Shown: positions 28,201 to 38,818, counted from the first letter of the stretch. The stretch is 64,000 bases of DNA from Minisyncoccia bacterium (GCA_049299915.1 JBAQYG010000029.1:194-64193); one strand, 5' to 3'. Translations and numbers: made by a program. Notes: generated from the sequence alone by a model not told the origin.

Positions 28201-28839
28201 ATGATAAGAGTTCCATTCTTTAATAAAACCTTAACACGTATCTGTTATCATCTAGTCCTTTCGGACATTTTGTTTTTAGGTGCCTGGGGTATTACTAGCC
28301 CCATTATGGCTCTTTTTATAACCAGTAAAGTTTTTCAAGCTACTCCCATTACTATTGGTATTTGTACTTTTACTTATTTTTTAACCCAATCAATATTCCA
28401 AATCCCCATAGCTAATTTTTTAGACAATAAAGAAGGGGAACATGATGAATTTTACTGTCTTTTTGGAGGGGTAGTCCTTTCAGGCCTAACAGCTATTTGC
28501 TACACAGCGGTTAAAGATCCTATCGCCTTATATCTAGCAGCTTGTATGCAAGGCTTGGGTATGGCTATGTATGCACCAGCTTGGTCTTCGATCTTCTCTC
28601 ACCATTTAAATCCCAAAAAAGTAGCCGTGGCTTATGCTATAGATAATACTGCCCAAGGAGTTTCTACAGCAGTTTTCGGCCTATTAGGTGGAATAGTCTA
28701 TAAATATTATGGAGGGAATATCTTATTTATTACTATTGCCATCCTATCAATACCGGCAGCCTTTGCTATTTTACTGGCTCCCGGAATGTTGATTCCCAAA
28801 CCAGTAAAACCATCTTTTTTCTTTAAAAAATTACCGTAG
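28201..28839 (+). CDS. Six-TM membrane protein resembling half of an MFS transporter.
   Basis: About six hydrophobic helices in 212 aa. Possibly a truncated or split transporter. Confidence 0.35.
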   Translation: MIRVPFFNKTLTRICYHLVLSDILFLGAWGITSPIMALFITSKVFQATPITIGICTFTYFLTQSIFQIPIANFLDNKEGEHDEFYCLFGGVVLSGLTAICYTAVKDPIALYLAACMQGLGMAMYAPAWSSIFSHHLNPKKVAVAYAIDNTAQGVSTAVFGLLGGIVYKYYGGNILFITIAILSIPAAFAILLAPGMLIPKPVKPSFFFKKLP

Positions 28840-28930
28840 CTAATACTATTTACTAGACATTCATAGCCTTTACTTTAGGCTACTTTTAGTTCATAATAGA
28901 CAATTGTTATATCCCTCTCAGAACCCATTT

Positions 28931-30757
28931 ATGGGAATTTTTAAGTTAAAATCCAATTTCAAACCAACCGGAGATCAACCCCAGGCGATAGAGAGCCTGG
29001 TTAATGGTTTAGAGGAGAATAAATCCTTTCAAACATTATTAGGGGTGACCGGTTCGGGAAAAACCTTTACGATGGCCAATGTCATTAGTCATTTTGATAA
29101 GCCTGTTTTAGTCATGGCCCCCAATAAATCTTTAGCAGCTCAACTTTACAGAGAATACAAAAATTTCTTTCCAGAGAATTCAGTCCATTACTTCGTTTCT
29201 TATTATGATTATTATCAGCCAGAAGCTTATTTACCCACAACCGATACTTACATAGATAAAGAGGCTACTATTAATGAAGAAATAGATAAATTAAGACATA
29301 GAGCAACCTCAGCTCTACTCACTAGGAGGGATGTCATAGTAGTGGCATCTGTTTCTTGTATTTACAATTTAGGATTGCCAACTAGTTACTGGCAATCATC
29401 TCTTCATTTAGAAATTGGACAGATCTTAACTAGAGGTGATCTCCTAAAACAATTAATTAAACTTCAATTTACAAGAACTAACAGTGTTGTTAAAAGAGGT
29501 TGTTTTAGAGTAAGAGGCGATGTAGTAGAAGTTATGCCAGCTAGTGGAGAGCATATTTTTAGAATTGAACTTTTAGAACAAAAGATAACGTCTATTAGTT
29601 TGGTAGACAGTGAAAGTTTAAATATTAAAGAAGAATTAAAAGAAGCCATTATCTTTCCTTCTAAACATTTTGTGGCCACAGAACCTCAAAGAAACCAAGC
29701 CATAGAAGATGTTCAGATAGAATTAAAAGAAAGATTGAAGTACTTTAATAAAGAAAAATTATTTCTAGAAGAAGAGAGGCTTCGTAGGCGAACTACCTAT
29801 GACCTAGAAATGTTACGTTCAATTGGATATTGCCACGGCATAGAAAACTATTCTCGCCATCTAACTGGTAAAATGGCTGGCGAACCACCAGACACACTTT
29901 TAGAATATTTCCCCAAAAAGGATGGTCAACCAGATTTTATTACCATTATGGATGAATCTCATATTGGTCTACCTCAAGTAAGGGGAATGTACGAAGGAGA
30001 TAGGAGCAGAAAATTAGCACTAGTGGAATATGGCTGGCGCTTACCCTCAGCTCTCGACAATCGTCCCTTAAAATTTGATGAATTTCTTAAAAGGATTGGC
30101 AATACTATCTTTACTTCAGCTACTCCGGGAGAATGGGAATTCAGTCACAGTCAAAATATAACTGAACAAGTTATTCGCCCCACTGGTTTAATCGATCCAC
30201 CCATAGAAATTAGACCGGTCTTTGATAAGGTAAAAAATAAAAGCCAAATTAGTGATTTCATAGAAGAAGCTTCTATCTTGGCAAGTAAGAAAGAAAGATC
30301 TATTGCCAATGTTTTAACCAAGAGAATGGCTGAAGATTTAACAGAGTTTCTAAAGAAAAAGGGACACAAATGTCAGTATATGCATTCGGATACAGAAACT
30401 ATAGAAAGAACTAGAATATTAACAGATTTCAGAAAAGGTAAATACGATATTCTCATTGGTGTTAATCTTCTAAGAGAGGGATTAGACTTACCAGAAGTAA
30501 CTTTAGTAGCCATTTTTGATGCCGACAGAGAGGGATTTTTGAGAAACGATAGTTCCCTCATTCAAACTATGGGTAGGGCCAGTCGTAATGTTTCTGGTAA
30601 AGTTATTCTTTACGCAGATACTATTACCGGTTCTATAGACAGAGCCATGAAGGAAGTTGAGAGACGAAGAAAAATTCAAATAGCTTACAACAAGAAAAAT
30701 CATATTACCCCTAAGACTATAGATAAGAGAATAGAAGACTTTCTTAATTTTGATTAA
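28931..30757 (+). CDS. uvrB: Excinuclease ABC subunit B, lacking the C-terminal UVR domain (start moved to the ATG at 28931 by alignment logic).
   Basis: FKLKSNFKPTGDQPQAI at the N-terminus, Walker A GVTGSGKTFT, YYDYYQPEAY, helicase motifs, and IGRASRN near the C-terminus. It ends about 50 aa short of canonical UvrB. Confidence 0.9.
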   Translation: MGIFKLKSNFKPTGDQPQAIESLVNGLEENKSFQTLLGVTGSGKTFTMANVISHFDKPVLVMAPNKSLAAQLYREYKNFFPENSVHYFVSYYDYYQPEAYLPTTDTYIDKEATINEEIDKLRHRATSALLTRRDVIVVASVSCIYNLGLPTSYWQSSLHLEIGQILTRGDLLKQLIKLQFTRTNSVVKRGCFRVRGDVVEVMPASGEHIFRIELLEQKITSISLVDSESLNIKEELKEAIIFPSKHFVATEPQRNQAIEDVQIELKERLKYFNKEKLFLEEERLRRRTTYDLEMLRSIGYCHGIENYSRHLTGKMAGEPPDTLLEYFPKKDGQPDFITIMDESHIGLPQVRGMYEGDRSRKLALVEYGWRLPSALDNRPLKFDEFLKRIGNTIFTSATPGEWEFSHSQNITEQVIRPTGLIDPPIEIRPVFDKVKNKSQISDFIEEASILASKKERSIANVLTKRMAEDLTEFLKKKGHKCQYMHSDTETIERTRILTDFRKGKYDILIGVNLLREGLDLPEVTLVAIFDADREGFLRNDSSLIQTMGRASRNVSGKVILYADTITGSIDRAMKEVERRRKIQIAYNKKNHITPKTIDKRIEDFLNFD

Positions 30758-30763
30758 GATTTT

Positions 30764-33283
30764 ATGGATCCAGATAAAATAATTATAAAAGGTGCGCGCG
30801 TTCATAATCTGAAAGACATCAGTTTAGAAATACCAAAAAATAAATTGGTAGTTTTTACTGGTCTTTCCGGCAGTGGTAAATCATCACTAGCCTTTGATAC
30901 TATTTTTGCCGAAGGGCAGCGTCGTTATATAGAATCTCTTTCTCCTTATGCTCGTCAATTTTTGGGCCAAATGGATAGGCCCGATGTAGATGAAATCACT
31001 GGATTGTCACCAGCCATTGCCATAGATCAAAGGGCTTTAAGCCATAATCCTAGATCAACCGTAGGTACGCTTACGGAAATTTACGATTATCTGAGAGTTC
31101 TCTATGCTCGTCTCGGAGAAGTGTTTTGTCCAATTTGTGGTAGAAAAATTCAAAAATTATCACCCGAAGAAATAGTAGATATTATTTTAAATAAAGGGAG
31201 TGAACTTAAAGAAGAGATCGTTACAATAATGTCACCAGTAGTTCGTTCTAGAAAAGGAGAATATTATCAAACACTCTATGACTATTTAAATTTGGGTTAT
31301 GGTCAAGCTAGAATAGACGGCGAGCTCAGATCCTTAAGGGAACCATTAATTCTTTCTCGGTATAAGAACCATAGCATTGATATCGTTATTGATAGAGTAA
31401 TGCTTAAAGATAGCAGTCGTTTATTTGAAGCGGTAGAAAATGCTCTGGATTATAGTAAGGGGCTAGTGACGGTTATTTTTAAAGAAGGGGGTTTAAAAAA
31501 AGGAAACGATGAGACACTCCTTTCTAGTTTATGGACATGTCCAGAAGATAATTTTGCCTTCCCTGAAATAGAACCACGTCTATTTTCTTTTAATAGTCCT
31601 TCTGGAGCTTGTGAAGAATGCCATGGATTAGGAAGAGTTGGTTTTGAATTAGACAAAACTTGCCCTAAATGTGAAGGCAAAAGATTGAAGCCGGAAGCTC
31701 TTTCTATAAAAATAAGAAATAAAAATATTTATGAAGCTACATCCCTAACAATAGAAGGGGCACATGAATTTTTTAATGCTTATAAAAAAAGTTTGAACGA
31801 AAGACAATTAAAAATAGCCACTAACTTATTGAAAGAAATTATTGATAGACTTCAATTTATGTTAGAAGTTGGGTTAAATTATCTGACCCTCAATAGAGAG
31901 GCTGAAACTTTGTCGGGAGGAGAAGCTCAAAGAATAAGATTGGCGTCACAAATAGGCTCTCAATTGTCTGGCACTTTATATGTATTAGATGAGCCTACAA
32001 TCGGACTCCACGAAAGAGATACTATAAAATTGATTAATACTCTAAACGCTCTTAAAGATCAGGGAAACACCCTTGTGGTTGTAGAACATGACGAGAAAAC
32101 TATAGAAGCAGCTGATTATCTAGTAGATTTAGGACCGGGAGCGGGTAGAAACGGTGGAGAAGTAGTGGCCATAGGGGGGCGAGAAGAATTAATGAAAAAT
32201 CCTAAAAAGTTTCCCAGGTCGCTCACTCTGAAATATTTAACCGGGCAGACTAAGATTAAATTACCGAATAAACGAAGAGACAAAAAGACAGAAGAAATAA
32301 AAATCATAGGAGCTACTAAAAATAATCTTAAGAATATAGAAGTTGATTTTCCCTTGAGGAAATTTGTAGTTCTCACGGGTGTTTCGGGAAGCGGTAAATC
32401 AACTCTCCTCTACGATGTTCTGTATAAAAACTTAATTCACATTAAAAATCATTTCAATAAACCACTTGAAGGGTGCAGTAAAATAAATGGCAGTGAATAT
32501 ATAGATAAGGTGGTGGTAGTAGACCAATCTCCTATAGGCAGGAGTCCTCGGTCTAATCCAGCTACTTATACTGGTATTTGGACACCCATTAGAAAGTTTT
32601 ATGCCGAATTACCTGATGCCCGAGAAAGAGGCTATACAGCCTCACGTTTTTCCTTTAATGTGGCTGGGGGACGTTGTGAATCATGCGAAGGGGCGGGATT
32701 CAATCTTATTGAGATGCATTTTATGCCACCAATTATGGTGAAATGCGATGTTTGTGGCAGTAAGCGTTTTAATAGAGAAACTTTACAGGTGAAATACAAG
32801 GGCAAGAGTATAAGTGATATTTTAAGCTTAACCATAGAAGAAGCAGCTGATTTTTTTAAAGAGAATTGGCAAATAGCCGAAAAATTAAAAGTCTTAGAAA
32901 ATGTAGGACTCGGTTATTTACAATTAGGTCAATCGGCTACAACACTTTCGGGAGGAGAAGCACAAAGGATCAAGTTAGCCCGAGAACTTACTCAGCCACT
33001 AGGAAAGAAATCGCTTTATCTTTTAGATGAACCAACAGTAGGTCTTCATTACTATGACATTGAACTACTTTTACAAGTCATTAATAAATTAATAGAAAAG
33101 GGAAATAGTGTGATAGTAATAGAACATAATATGCAGATTATTAAATCAGCTGATTATGTGATTGATTTGGGCCCAGAGGGTGGCGATAAAGGTGGCAAAT
33201 TAGTCGCCAAAGGAACCCCCGAAGAAATAATTAAAAGCAAAAATTCATACACTGGCTTATACCTTAATGATTATTTGAAATAG
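30764..33283 (+). CDS. uvrA: Excinuclease ABC subunit A (short, 839 aa).
   Basis: Two ABC modules ([14 protein letters not shown] and [13 protein letters not shown]), signature LSGGEAQRI repeated twice, and zinc-finger Cys clusters. Confidence 0.9.
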   Translation: MDPDKIIIKGARVHNLKDISLEIPKNKLVVFTGLSGSGKSSLAFDTIFAEGQRRYIESLSPYARQFLGQMDRPDVDEITGLSPAIAIDQRALSHNPRSTVGTLTEIYDYLRVLYARLGEVFCPICGRKIQKLSPEEIVDIILNKGSELKEEIVTIMSPVVRSRKGEYYQTLYDYLNLGYGQARIDGELRSLREPLILSRYKNHSIDIVIDRVMLKDSSRLFEAVENALDYSKGLVTVIFKEGGLKKGNDETLLSSLWTCPEDNFAFPEIEPRLFSFNSPSGACEECHGLGRVGFELDKTCPKCEGKRLKPEALSIKIRNKNIYEATSLTIEGAHEFFNAYKKSLNERQLKIATNLLKEIIDRLQFMLEVGLNYLTLNREAETLSGGEAQRIRLASQIGSQLSGTLYVLDEPTIGLHERDTIKLINTLNALKDQGNTLVVVEHDEKTIEAADYLVDLGPGAGRNGGEVVAIGGREELMKNPKKFPRSLTLKYLTGQTKIKLPNKRRDKKTEEIKIIGATKNNLKNIEVDFPLRKFVVLTGVSGSGKSTLLYDVLYKNLIHIKNHFNKPLEGCSKINGSEYIDKVVVVDQSPIGRSPRSNPATYTGIWTPIRKFYAELPDARERGYTASRFSFNVAGGRCESCEGAGFNLIEMHFMPPIMVKCDVCGSKRFNRETLQVKYKGKSISDILSLTIEEAADFFKENWQIAEKLKVLENVGLGYLQLGQSATTLSGGEAQRIKLARELTQPLGKKSLYLLDEPTVGLHYYDIELLLQVINKLIEKGNSVIVIEHNMQIIKSADYVIDLGPEGGDKGGKLVAKGTPEEIIKSKNSYTGLYLNDYLK

Positions 33284-33305
33284 TGCTTCGATATAAATAA
33301 AAAAA

Positions 33306-33333
33306 TACCCAGACTAGTAGCCTGGGTATTTTT
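33306..33333 (+). terminator. Rho-independent terminator after uvrA.
   Basis: Hairpin acccag/ctgggt followed by a T-run. Confidence 0.7.
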
Positions 33334-33410
33334 GACTTACCCCTATCAGTGTGTTATAAGCAAAGTAATTGAACGTTCTTTACATACTATATACAAAAGG
33401 AGGGAAAGAG

Positions 33411-33665
33411 ATGGATTGGGTAGAAGTAATACATCAAGCCACGAATTTGTGTGCCGGTTCGTACAAAATCATCGTAAGAGATAACAACAGCTTTGCGATG
33501 CAATCTAGACGAAGCGAAGTCCATCTGAGTATAGAAAAGGGTACCAACGACAGTATTATCATAAGGTCTGGTTACTGGATTCCAGCTACTGGAATAGAAC
33601 TACTTCTAAACTGGTTCGAAGAGAAACATTATCCCTATACTCACATTCGTGATTGGCCAGAATAG
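33411..33665 (+). CDS. Hypothetical protein (85 aa from the ATG at 33411) in a foreign-signature micro-cassette.
   Basis: Strong SD aaaggaggg 6 nt upstream and higher GC. The track start at 33369 would lack an RBS. Confidence 0.45.
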   Translation: MDWVEVIHQATNLCAGSYKIIVRDNNSFAMQSRRSEVHLSIEKGTNDSIIIRSGYWIPATGIELLLNWFEEKHYPYTHIRDWPE

Positions 33666-33683
33666 CCAAAAAAGGAGGACGAG

Positions 33684-33980
33684 ATGATAGACATTCAAGT
33701 CTTAGACCAACTTACCTTCGGGCTTTTTCCAGGTGAAAAGCTTGTGAAAAATCCAGACGGTAGCTTTACCTACTCGAAAAGAGAAGATATCAAGATTGAT
33801 GATAAAAGTGAAAAAGTTGAAGTCAGGCTGGAGCAACCAGCTTCTGAGGAGAAAACGATCCTCTTGTCTTCTAACGCCGACTTGGATGCTACAGGTCTCT
33901 TGCCATTTCTAGTATGGTTGGGAAACCATAAGTACAAGTATTCTTATTGTTCTCCCACCATGCTGTGTTTTTCATCATAG
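33684..33980 (+). CDS. Hypothetical protein (98 aa); second gene of the micro-cassette.
   Basis: Strong SD aaaaaggagga 6 nt upstream. It is followed by a terminator hairpin. Confidence 0.45.
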   Translation: MIDIQVLDQLTFGLFPGEKLVKNPDGSFTYSKREDIKIDDKSEKVEVRLEQPASEEKTILLSSNADLDATGLLPFLVWLGNHKYKYSYCSPTMLCFSS

Positions 33981-34001
33981 AAAACTGCTCTTTAACCAAA
34001 A

Positions 34002-34033
34002 GCCCCGCCATATCCATGCGGGGCTTTCTCATT
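34002..34033 (+). terminator. Rho-independent terminator after the micro-cassette.
   Basis: Hairpin gccccgc/gcggggc followed by a T-rich tract. Confidence 0.6.
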
Positions 34034-34237
34034 TAATGTAAGTATGCTGTATCTATAAAACACAAAAAGGACCCTTGCGGGACCTAATCGTGCATTGACT
34101 AGCTCTTGCGAACTAATCAACTATAAGAAGTATAACAAATAATGAGTATTTGTCAATATTGGAGAAAAAGATGAAGAAAATTGTAACTCAGAAGAGAATG
34201 TGTTAGTATCAAAATGTTAAGATATTTAATTTTAAAT

Positions 34238-34315
34238 ATGACAGCACGAAAACCCAAAAAAGTAAGATTAGCTAATAAACGAGCTGCTCTCAGAGCTAAA
34301 CTTAAGAAAAAATAA
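34238..34315 (+). CDS. Tiny, highly basic 25-aa ORF (MTARKPKKVRLANKRAALRAKLKKK); not in the ORF track.
   Basis: ATG-initiated and immediately followed by a strong terminator (34322..34344: gccct/agggc plus nine T). The identity is unknown. Confidence 0.25.
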   Translation: MTARKPKKVRLANKRAALRAKLKKK

Positions 34316-34321
34316 AAGAAT

Positions 34322-34344
34322 GCCCTCAAAAGGGCTTTTTTTTT
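34322..34344 (+). terminator. Rho-independent terminator.
   Basis: Five-bp GC-rich stem gccct/agggc followed by a nine-T run. Confidence 0.65.
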
Positions 34345-34390
34345 GTTACTTTTTTAAACATAGAGTATAATCATTTGGATATCAACTACT

Positions 34391-36154
34391 ATGAAATTTT
34401 TTAAAAATATTCCGATTTATACACTAGTTTTTGTTGGTTTATTAATTCTTTCCCCGAAAGTTACTTTAGCCGAGAGTATTCCATTGTTTTCTGGTATCTA
34501 TCAAATTAATACCGATAGTAGTGTTTCTGTTTCGGAAAGCATAGATTATGATTTTGGAGCTGAATATAAACATGGTATTTATCGGAATATAAAAGTAGAA
34601 GGGATTAAAATAAAACCTCAGGAAATTACACTCAATGTCGGAACAGATTGTCCCTATACCACATCTCTCGCTGGAGGAGTCTTCACCTTTAAAATAGGCT
34701 CTCCGAACGAAACTATTACGGGCCGCAATATCTATGGATTACGTTATTTAGCCCAAAATGCTTTGCGTTATTTTTCCGATCAAGATCAATTTTATTTCAA
34801 TGTAACGGGGAATGGGTGGACAGTGCCAATAGAAAAATCTACAGCCACAGTGGTTTTACCTGAGGGTGTTTCAAAAAGCACTATACAATTAGCTTGTTAT
34901 ACCGGAATTTATGGAAGTAAAGACAAGAATTGTACTGCAAGTCTAAATGAAGATGGAAATGCTTTTTTTGAAACGACCCAACCTTTAAATACGGGAGAAG
35001 GACTAACTATAGTTGTTGGTTGGCCCAAAGGATTTGTAAAAGTGGCTAGTAATTATTTTGAATTAGGGGATACAGTTAAGTCTTTTATTTTAGGTATAGG
35101 TTTACTCCTTTTTTTAGTAACTATTCTAGAGGGCATATTCAACTGGTCTCTAAAAGGACGAGATGCTAGTCCCAGTATAATTATTGTGCCCCAGTATGAA
35201 CCCCCTACTGGTTTTACTCCAGCCGAAATGCTCTATCTGATGTACCCCATGAATTATGGGAATTATATATCTAAGGCCATGGGGGCAACCTTAATAGACA
35301 TGGCTTACAATGGCTATATCAATATAAAAGAATTACCTAAATCTTGGTGGCAAAAACAAGATTATCTCATTAGTGAAAACGATAAAACTAAGACAAGAAA
35401 AAGAACAAGCAAAAAGTTTGAAGATGATTTTATGGATTATCTTTTTATTTTTGGAGAAACCTCTCAAACAATGATTAGACAAGTAAAAATGTCTCAAGTT
35501 GGTAAAATCCAAACCCCTAATAAGTTCCCCAGGGAATTAGAAGAAAAAATAACTCAGAGTGAAACTATTAAACCTTATTTTGAAATTTTACCAAAAGAAA
35601 TAATTAAAATTTCTCAGGTTCCAATTAGACTAGCGATAATAACGGGATTGTATTGGATAATGTTTTCCCTAATTCTCTCAAAAACATTTGAGATAATGTT
35701 GGGTTTTATGGTTCCCATCATATTGTGCCTTTCGATACTCTCTGTATTGTATGGAAAATTAATGATCAAAAGGAATTTTAAGGGATTGGAAGGTTATGAA
35801 AAATGCCTAGGTTTTAAAAAATATTTAGCAGTAGCTGAAAAAGATATTTTAGCTTTCCAAGCCAAAATGAAAGAATTAGATTATAAAAATATCTTTGAGA
35901 AATATTTACCATATGCCATTGCCCTAGGAGTAGTAAAAGAATGGGGAAAAGCCTTTGATGGTCTAATTACCGAGCCAATCGACTGGTGGCAAACTTCGAG
36001 CGGTGTTTATAATTATGCGATTTTTACTAGAAGCTTGAATTCTTTTTCTAGTAGTATTGAGCAAAATTCTGCTACCAGTTCCTCTAGTGGTTTTAGCTCG
36101 GGTGGAGGATTTTCTGGAGGAGGTGGCGGTGGAGGAGGTGGGGGAAGTTGGTAG
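34391..36154 (+). CDS. DUF2207-family membrane protein with a poly-Gly C-terminal tail.
   Basis: Signal peptide, a large extracytoplasmic N-domain, central TM helices, and the tail SSSGFSSGGGFSGGGGGGGGGGSW. This architecture is typical of DUF2207 (YciQ-like). Confidence 0.55.
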   Translation: MKFFKNIPIYTLVFVGLLILSPKVTLAESIPLFSGIYQINTDSSVSVSESIDYDFGAEYKHGIYRNIKVEGIKIKPQEITLNVGTDCPYTTSLAGGVFTFKIGSPNETITGRNIYGLRYLAQNALRYFSDQDQFYFNVTGNGWTVPIEKSTATVVLPEGVSKSTIQLACYTGIYGSKDKNCTASLNEDGNAFFETTQPLNTGEGLTIVVGWPKGFVKVASNYFELGDTVKSFILGIGLLLFLVTILEGIFNWSLKGRDASPSIIIVPQYEPPTGFTPAEMLYLMYPMNYGNYISKAMGATLIDMAYNGYINIKELPKSWWQKQDYLISENDKTKTRKRTSKKFEDDFMDYLFIFGETSQTMIRQVKMSQVGKIQTPNKFPRELEEKITQSETIKPYFEILPKEIIKISQVPIRLAIITGLYWIMFSLILSKTFEIMLGFMVPIILCLSILSVLYGKLMIKRNFKGLEGYEKCLGFKKYLAVAEKDILAFQAKMKELDYKNIFEKYLPYAIALGVVKEWGKAFDGLITEPIDWWQTSSGVYNYAIFTRSLNSFSSSIEQNSATSSSSGFSSGGGFSGGGGGGGGGGSW

Positions 36155-36259
36155 AATGTTCCAACCTCTTATATGGAAAAAGAATTAGAAAACAGAAGTA
36201 TTGGCTTATAACAAAGGGCTTATTATTAGATTTTATGAATTTAATTTAAACAAATATAT

Positions 36260-36982
36260 ATGAAATGGAATATTCTTATTAGTTTAATCATAATTGGAAT
36301 TTTAGTTATTTGGGGAGTAACTAGTGACGGATTTGAGCATAATCCTCTAGACACTTTTTATTCATTTAGTTTAGAAAATAAAACAGTAGAAGAAACTCTT
36401 CCAGATGGTTATTTAAAGATTGAATATCCTTTGACCAAATATGAGGTTTTAAATGAAGCCATAAAAACTTTTGTTGATTCTGAGCAAAAAAGTTTCAAAG
36501 AAAATATTAAAGGTCTAACAACTATCAGTAGTGCCAAGGGGAATTTAGAGATTAATTATAAGAGCTACATATCCGATAGAATAATTAGCTTACAATTTGA
36601 CGAGAGTATGGATACTGGCGGGGCTCACGGCAATTTCACTACCACTACTTTTAATTATGATATAAAACTAGGTAAGATTCTAAAAACCCAGGATCTTTTT
36701 AAAGATCCAAATCAATACCTCCAAAGTATCTCTTCAATTGTTAAACCTCGGTTAAAATTGGAATTGGAAAAAATACAATTTCAAGATGATATTTGGTTAG
36801 AAGAAGGAGCTGGCCCAAAGGAAATTAATTATAAACAATTCGTTTGTACTGCTGATGGTATTACTTTTTTCTTTAACCCTTATCAAGTAGCTCCCTATGC
36901 AGCCGGAGCTCAAGACATTACTATTACGTATCAAGAACTTGCTTCTTACTTATTGCCTGAATATTCTCAGCTCAAATTCTAG
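36260..36982 (+). CDS. DUF4163/DUF3298 (RsiV/PdaC-like) domain protein.
   Basis: N-terminal anchor and the DUF3298 signature DTGGAHGNFTTTTFNYD. Confidence 0.55.
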   Translation: MKWNILISLIIIGILVIWGVTSDGFEHNPLDTFYSFSLENKTVEETLPDGYLKIEYPLTKYEVLNEAIKTFVDSEQKSFKENIKGLTTISSAKGNLEINYKSYISDRIISLQFDESMDTGGAHGNFTTTTFNYDIKLGKILKTQDLFKDPNQYLQSISSIVKPRLKLELEKIQFQDDIWLEEGAGPKEINYKQFVCTADGITFFFNPYQVAPYAAGAQDITITYQELASYLLPEYSQLKF

Positions 36983-36987
36983 GACTT

Positions 36988-37656
36988 ATGACCGAGAAGG
37001 AAATAGTTCAATTTTTAAAGAAAAACGGTAAAACAAAGAATGTTTTGGGCATGGCTCGTTTTGGCATCCGTCCTAAAACAAAAGTATATGGATTAAGCGT
37101 AGTTCAAGTACGCCAACTAGCAAAGAAAATTGGCACAAATCATGAACTGGCCCAAGCTCTTTTTTGGAGTAACATTCACGAGTGTCGATGGTTAGCAGCC
37201 ATGATAGATGACCCTTTAGAAATTACTAGTAGTCAGATGGATGAATGGGCAAAAGATTTCGATACTTGGGATGTATGTGATTCTGCCTGCATGAATCTTT
37301 TTCGTTATTCGCCCTTGGCTATTAAAAAATGTTTTAAATGGGCTAAAGAAAAAGATGAATATTATAAGAGAGCTGGTTTTGCCCTCATGGCAGCTCTAGC
37401 TTCTAATAGGAAAAATCTTTTAGATGATAAAAAATTTGAACAATTTTTTCCTGTTATTATAGATGCTAGTAATGACGAGAGAAATTACGTAAAAAAAGCG
37501 GTTAATTGGGCCTTAAGACAAATTGGTAAAAGAAATAAGAATTTACGCACAAAGGCAATACAAATAGCTAAAAGAATAATTACTTTAGATACGCCTTCAG
37601 CTAGATTTATAGGTGGTGATGCCCTAAGAGAATTAGGTAAGACACATGTTAAATAA
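36988..37656 (+). CDS. DNA alkylation repair protein (AlkD/AlkC-like HEAT-repeat glycosylase family).
   Basis: Pattern typical of PF08713 proteins (MARFGI...G....R.LAK.IG..H.LA..LW......E.R.LA). Confidence 0.6.
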   Translation: MTEKEIVQFLKKNGKTKNVLGMARFGIRPKTKVYGLSVVQVRQLAKKIGTNHELAQALFWSNIHECRWLAAMIDDPLEITSSQMDEWAKDFDTWDVCDSACMNLFRYSPLAIKKCFKWAKEKDEYYKRAGFALMAALASNRKNLLDDKKFEQFFPVIIDASNDERNYVKKAVNWALRQIGKRNKNLRTKAIQIAKRIITLDTPSARFIGGDALRELGKTHVK

Positions 37657-38815
37657 AACTATTATTAAAAAATTACCCCCAAAATCAGGGGTTTATCAGT
37701 TTATCTCTTCAAAAGGAGTGGTTTTATATGTAGGGAAAGCAACTTCTTTAAAACAAAGAGTTTCTCATTACTTTGATAAAAAATTGGAGCCACGGCTTAA
37801 AGAAATGGTAGAAAATGCCGGTTCTTTAAAAACAATCGAAACAGAAAGTGTTTTAGAAGCAGTCATTTTAGAAGCCAATCTTATTAAAAAATATTGGCCC
37901 AAATATAATATAAAGGATAGGGACGACAGATCCTTTGTCTATATTGCTATTCCTAAAGGAGATTTTCCTAAACCAATTATAGGAAGAGAAAGAGAATTAA
38001 AAACCATCGCTCCTAAAGGACAAATATTTGGACCTTATCAAGGAATTAGGATTGTGAGAGAGGCCCTTAAAATTATCCGACGAGTATTTCCGTATAGTAC
38101 TTGCAAAGCTAACTCAGGGAAACCTTGTTTTGATTATCAAATTGGGTTATGCCCAGGATTATGTATAGGAAAAATTAGTAAGCAGGAATATGCTAAAAAC
38201 ATAAAAAACATTATTTTATTGTTAAAAGGAGAGAAAGCCAAACTGTTAAAAAAATTAGAAAAAGAAAACCCAGAGCAAGCATTGGCCCTAAAACATATTC
38301 AAGATGTGTCTTTAGTTAAAACCGATGATCTTCTTCCGCCAATCCTCTATAGAGAAGAAAGAATAGAAGGATACGATATTTCTCATTTAACGGGCAAGGA
38401 AACATACGGAGCCATGATTGTATTTAGAAACGGCGAAGCCGATACAAGAGACTATCGCTTATTTAAAATCAAGAATTCACCAGCTAGCGATGATTTAAGG
38501 GCTCTAGAAGAAGTGATCTCAAGGCGCTTGAAACATCTCGAATGGCCATACCCAGATTTATTTCTTATCGATGGTGGTCGTCCGCAAATACAGTTTATAG
38601 AAAAATTATTTAAAGCGAAGAAGATAAAAATTCCTATAATAGGATTATCTAAATATGCTGGAGATAAATTAGTTTTTGGAAACAATCTTTCTCCTGCTTT
38701 AAAAGATAATTTGATTAGCCAAAAACATCTCTTAGAAAGGGTAAGGGACGAAGCTCATCGTTTTGCGAATCGAGGTCGACAACATAGTTCGCAAAGTCAA
38801 TGGAGATTTCTTTAA
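37646..38815 (+). CDS. uvrC: Excinuclease ABC subunit C, short form (389 aa) lacking the C-terminal HhH region.
   Basis: GIY-YIG motif (GVYQFISSKGVVLYVGKATSLKQRVSHYF), a Cys cluster, and an RNase H-like UvrC endonuclease segment (IEGYDISHLTGKETYGAMIVFRNGE). Confidence 0.7.
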   Translation: MLNKTIIKKLPPKSGVYQFISSKGVVLYVGKATSLKQRVSHYFDKKLEPRLKEMVENAGSLKTIETESVLEAVILEANLIKKYWPKYNIKDRDDRSFVYIAIPKGDFPKPIIGRERELKTIAPKGQIFGPYQGIRIVREALKIIRRVFPYSTCKANSGKPCFDYQIGLCPGLCIGKISKQEYAKNIKNIILLLKGEKAKLLKKLEKENPEQALALKHIQDVSLVKTDDLLPPILYREERIEGYDISHLTGKETYGAMIVFRNGEADTRDYRLFKIKNSPASDDLRALEEVISRRLKHLEWPYPDLFLIDGGRPQIQFIEKLFKAKKIKIPIIGLSKYAGDKLVFGNNLSPALKDNLISQKHLLERVRDEAHRFANRGRQHSSQSQWRFL

Positions 38816-38818
38816 TAT

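Noticed and set aside
36060-36154. The Gly-codon run, considered as a simple-sequence repeat or CRISPR-like repeat.
   Set aside because: It is a coding poly-Gly tail of the DUF2207 protein (imperfect GGN run), not a spaced repeat array.
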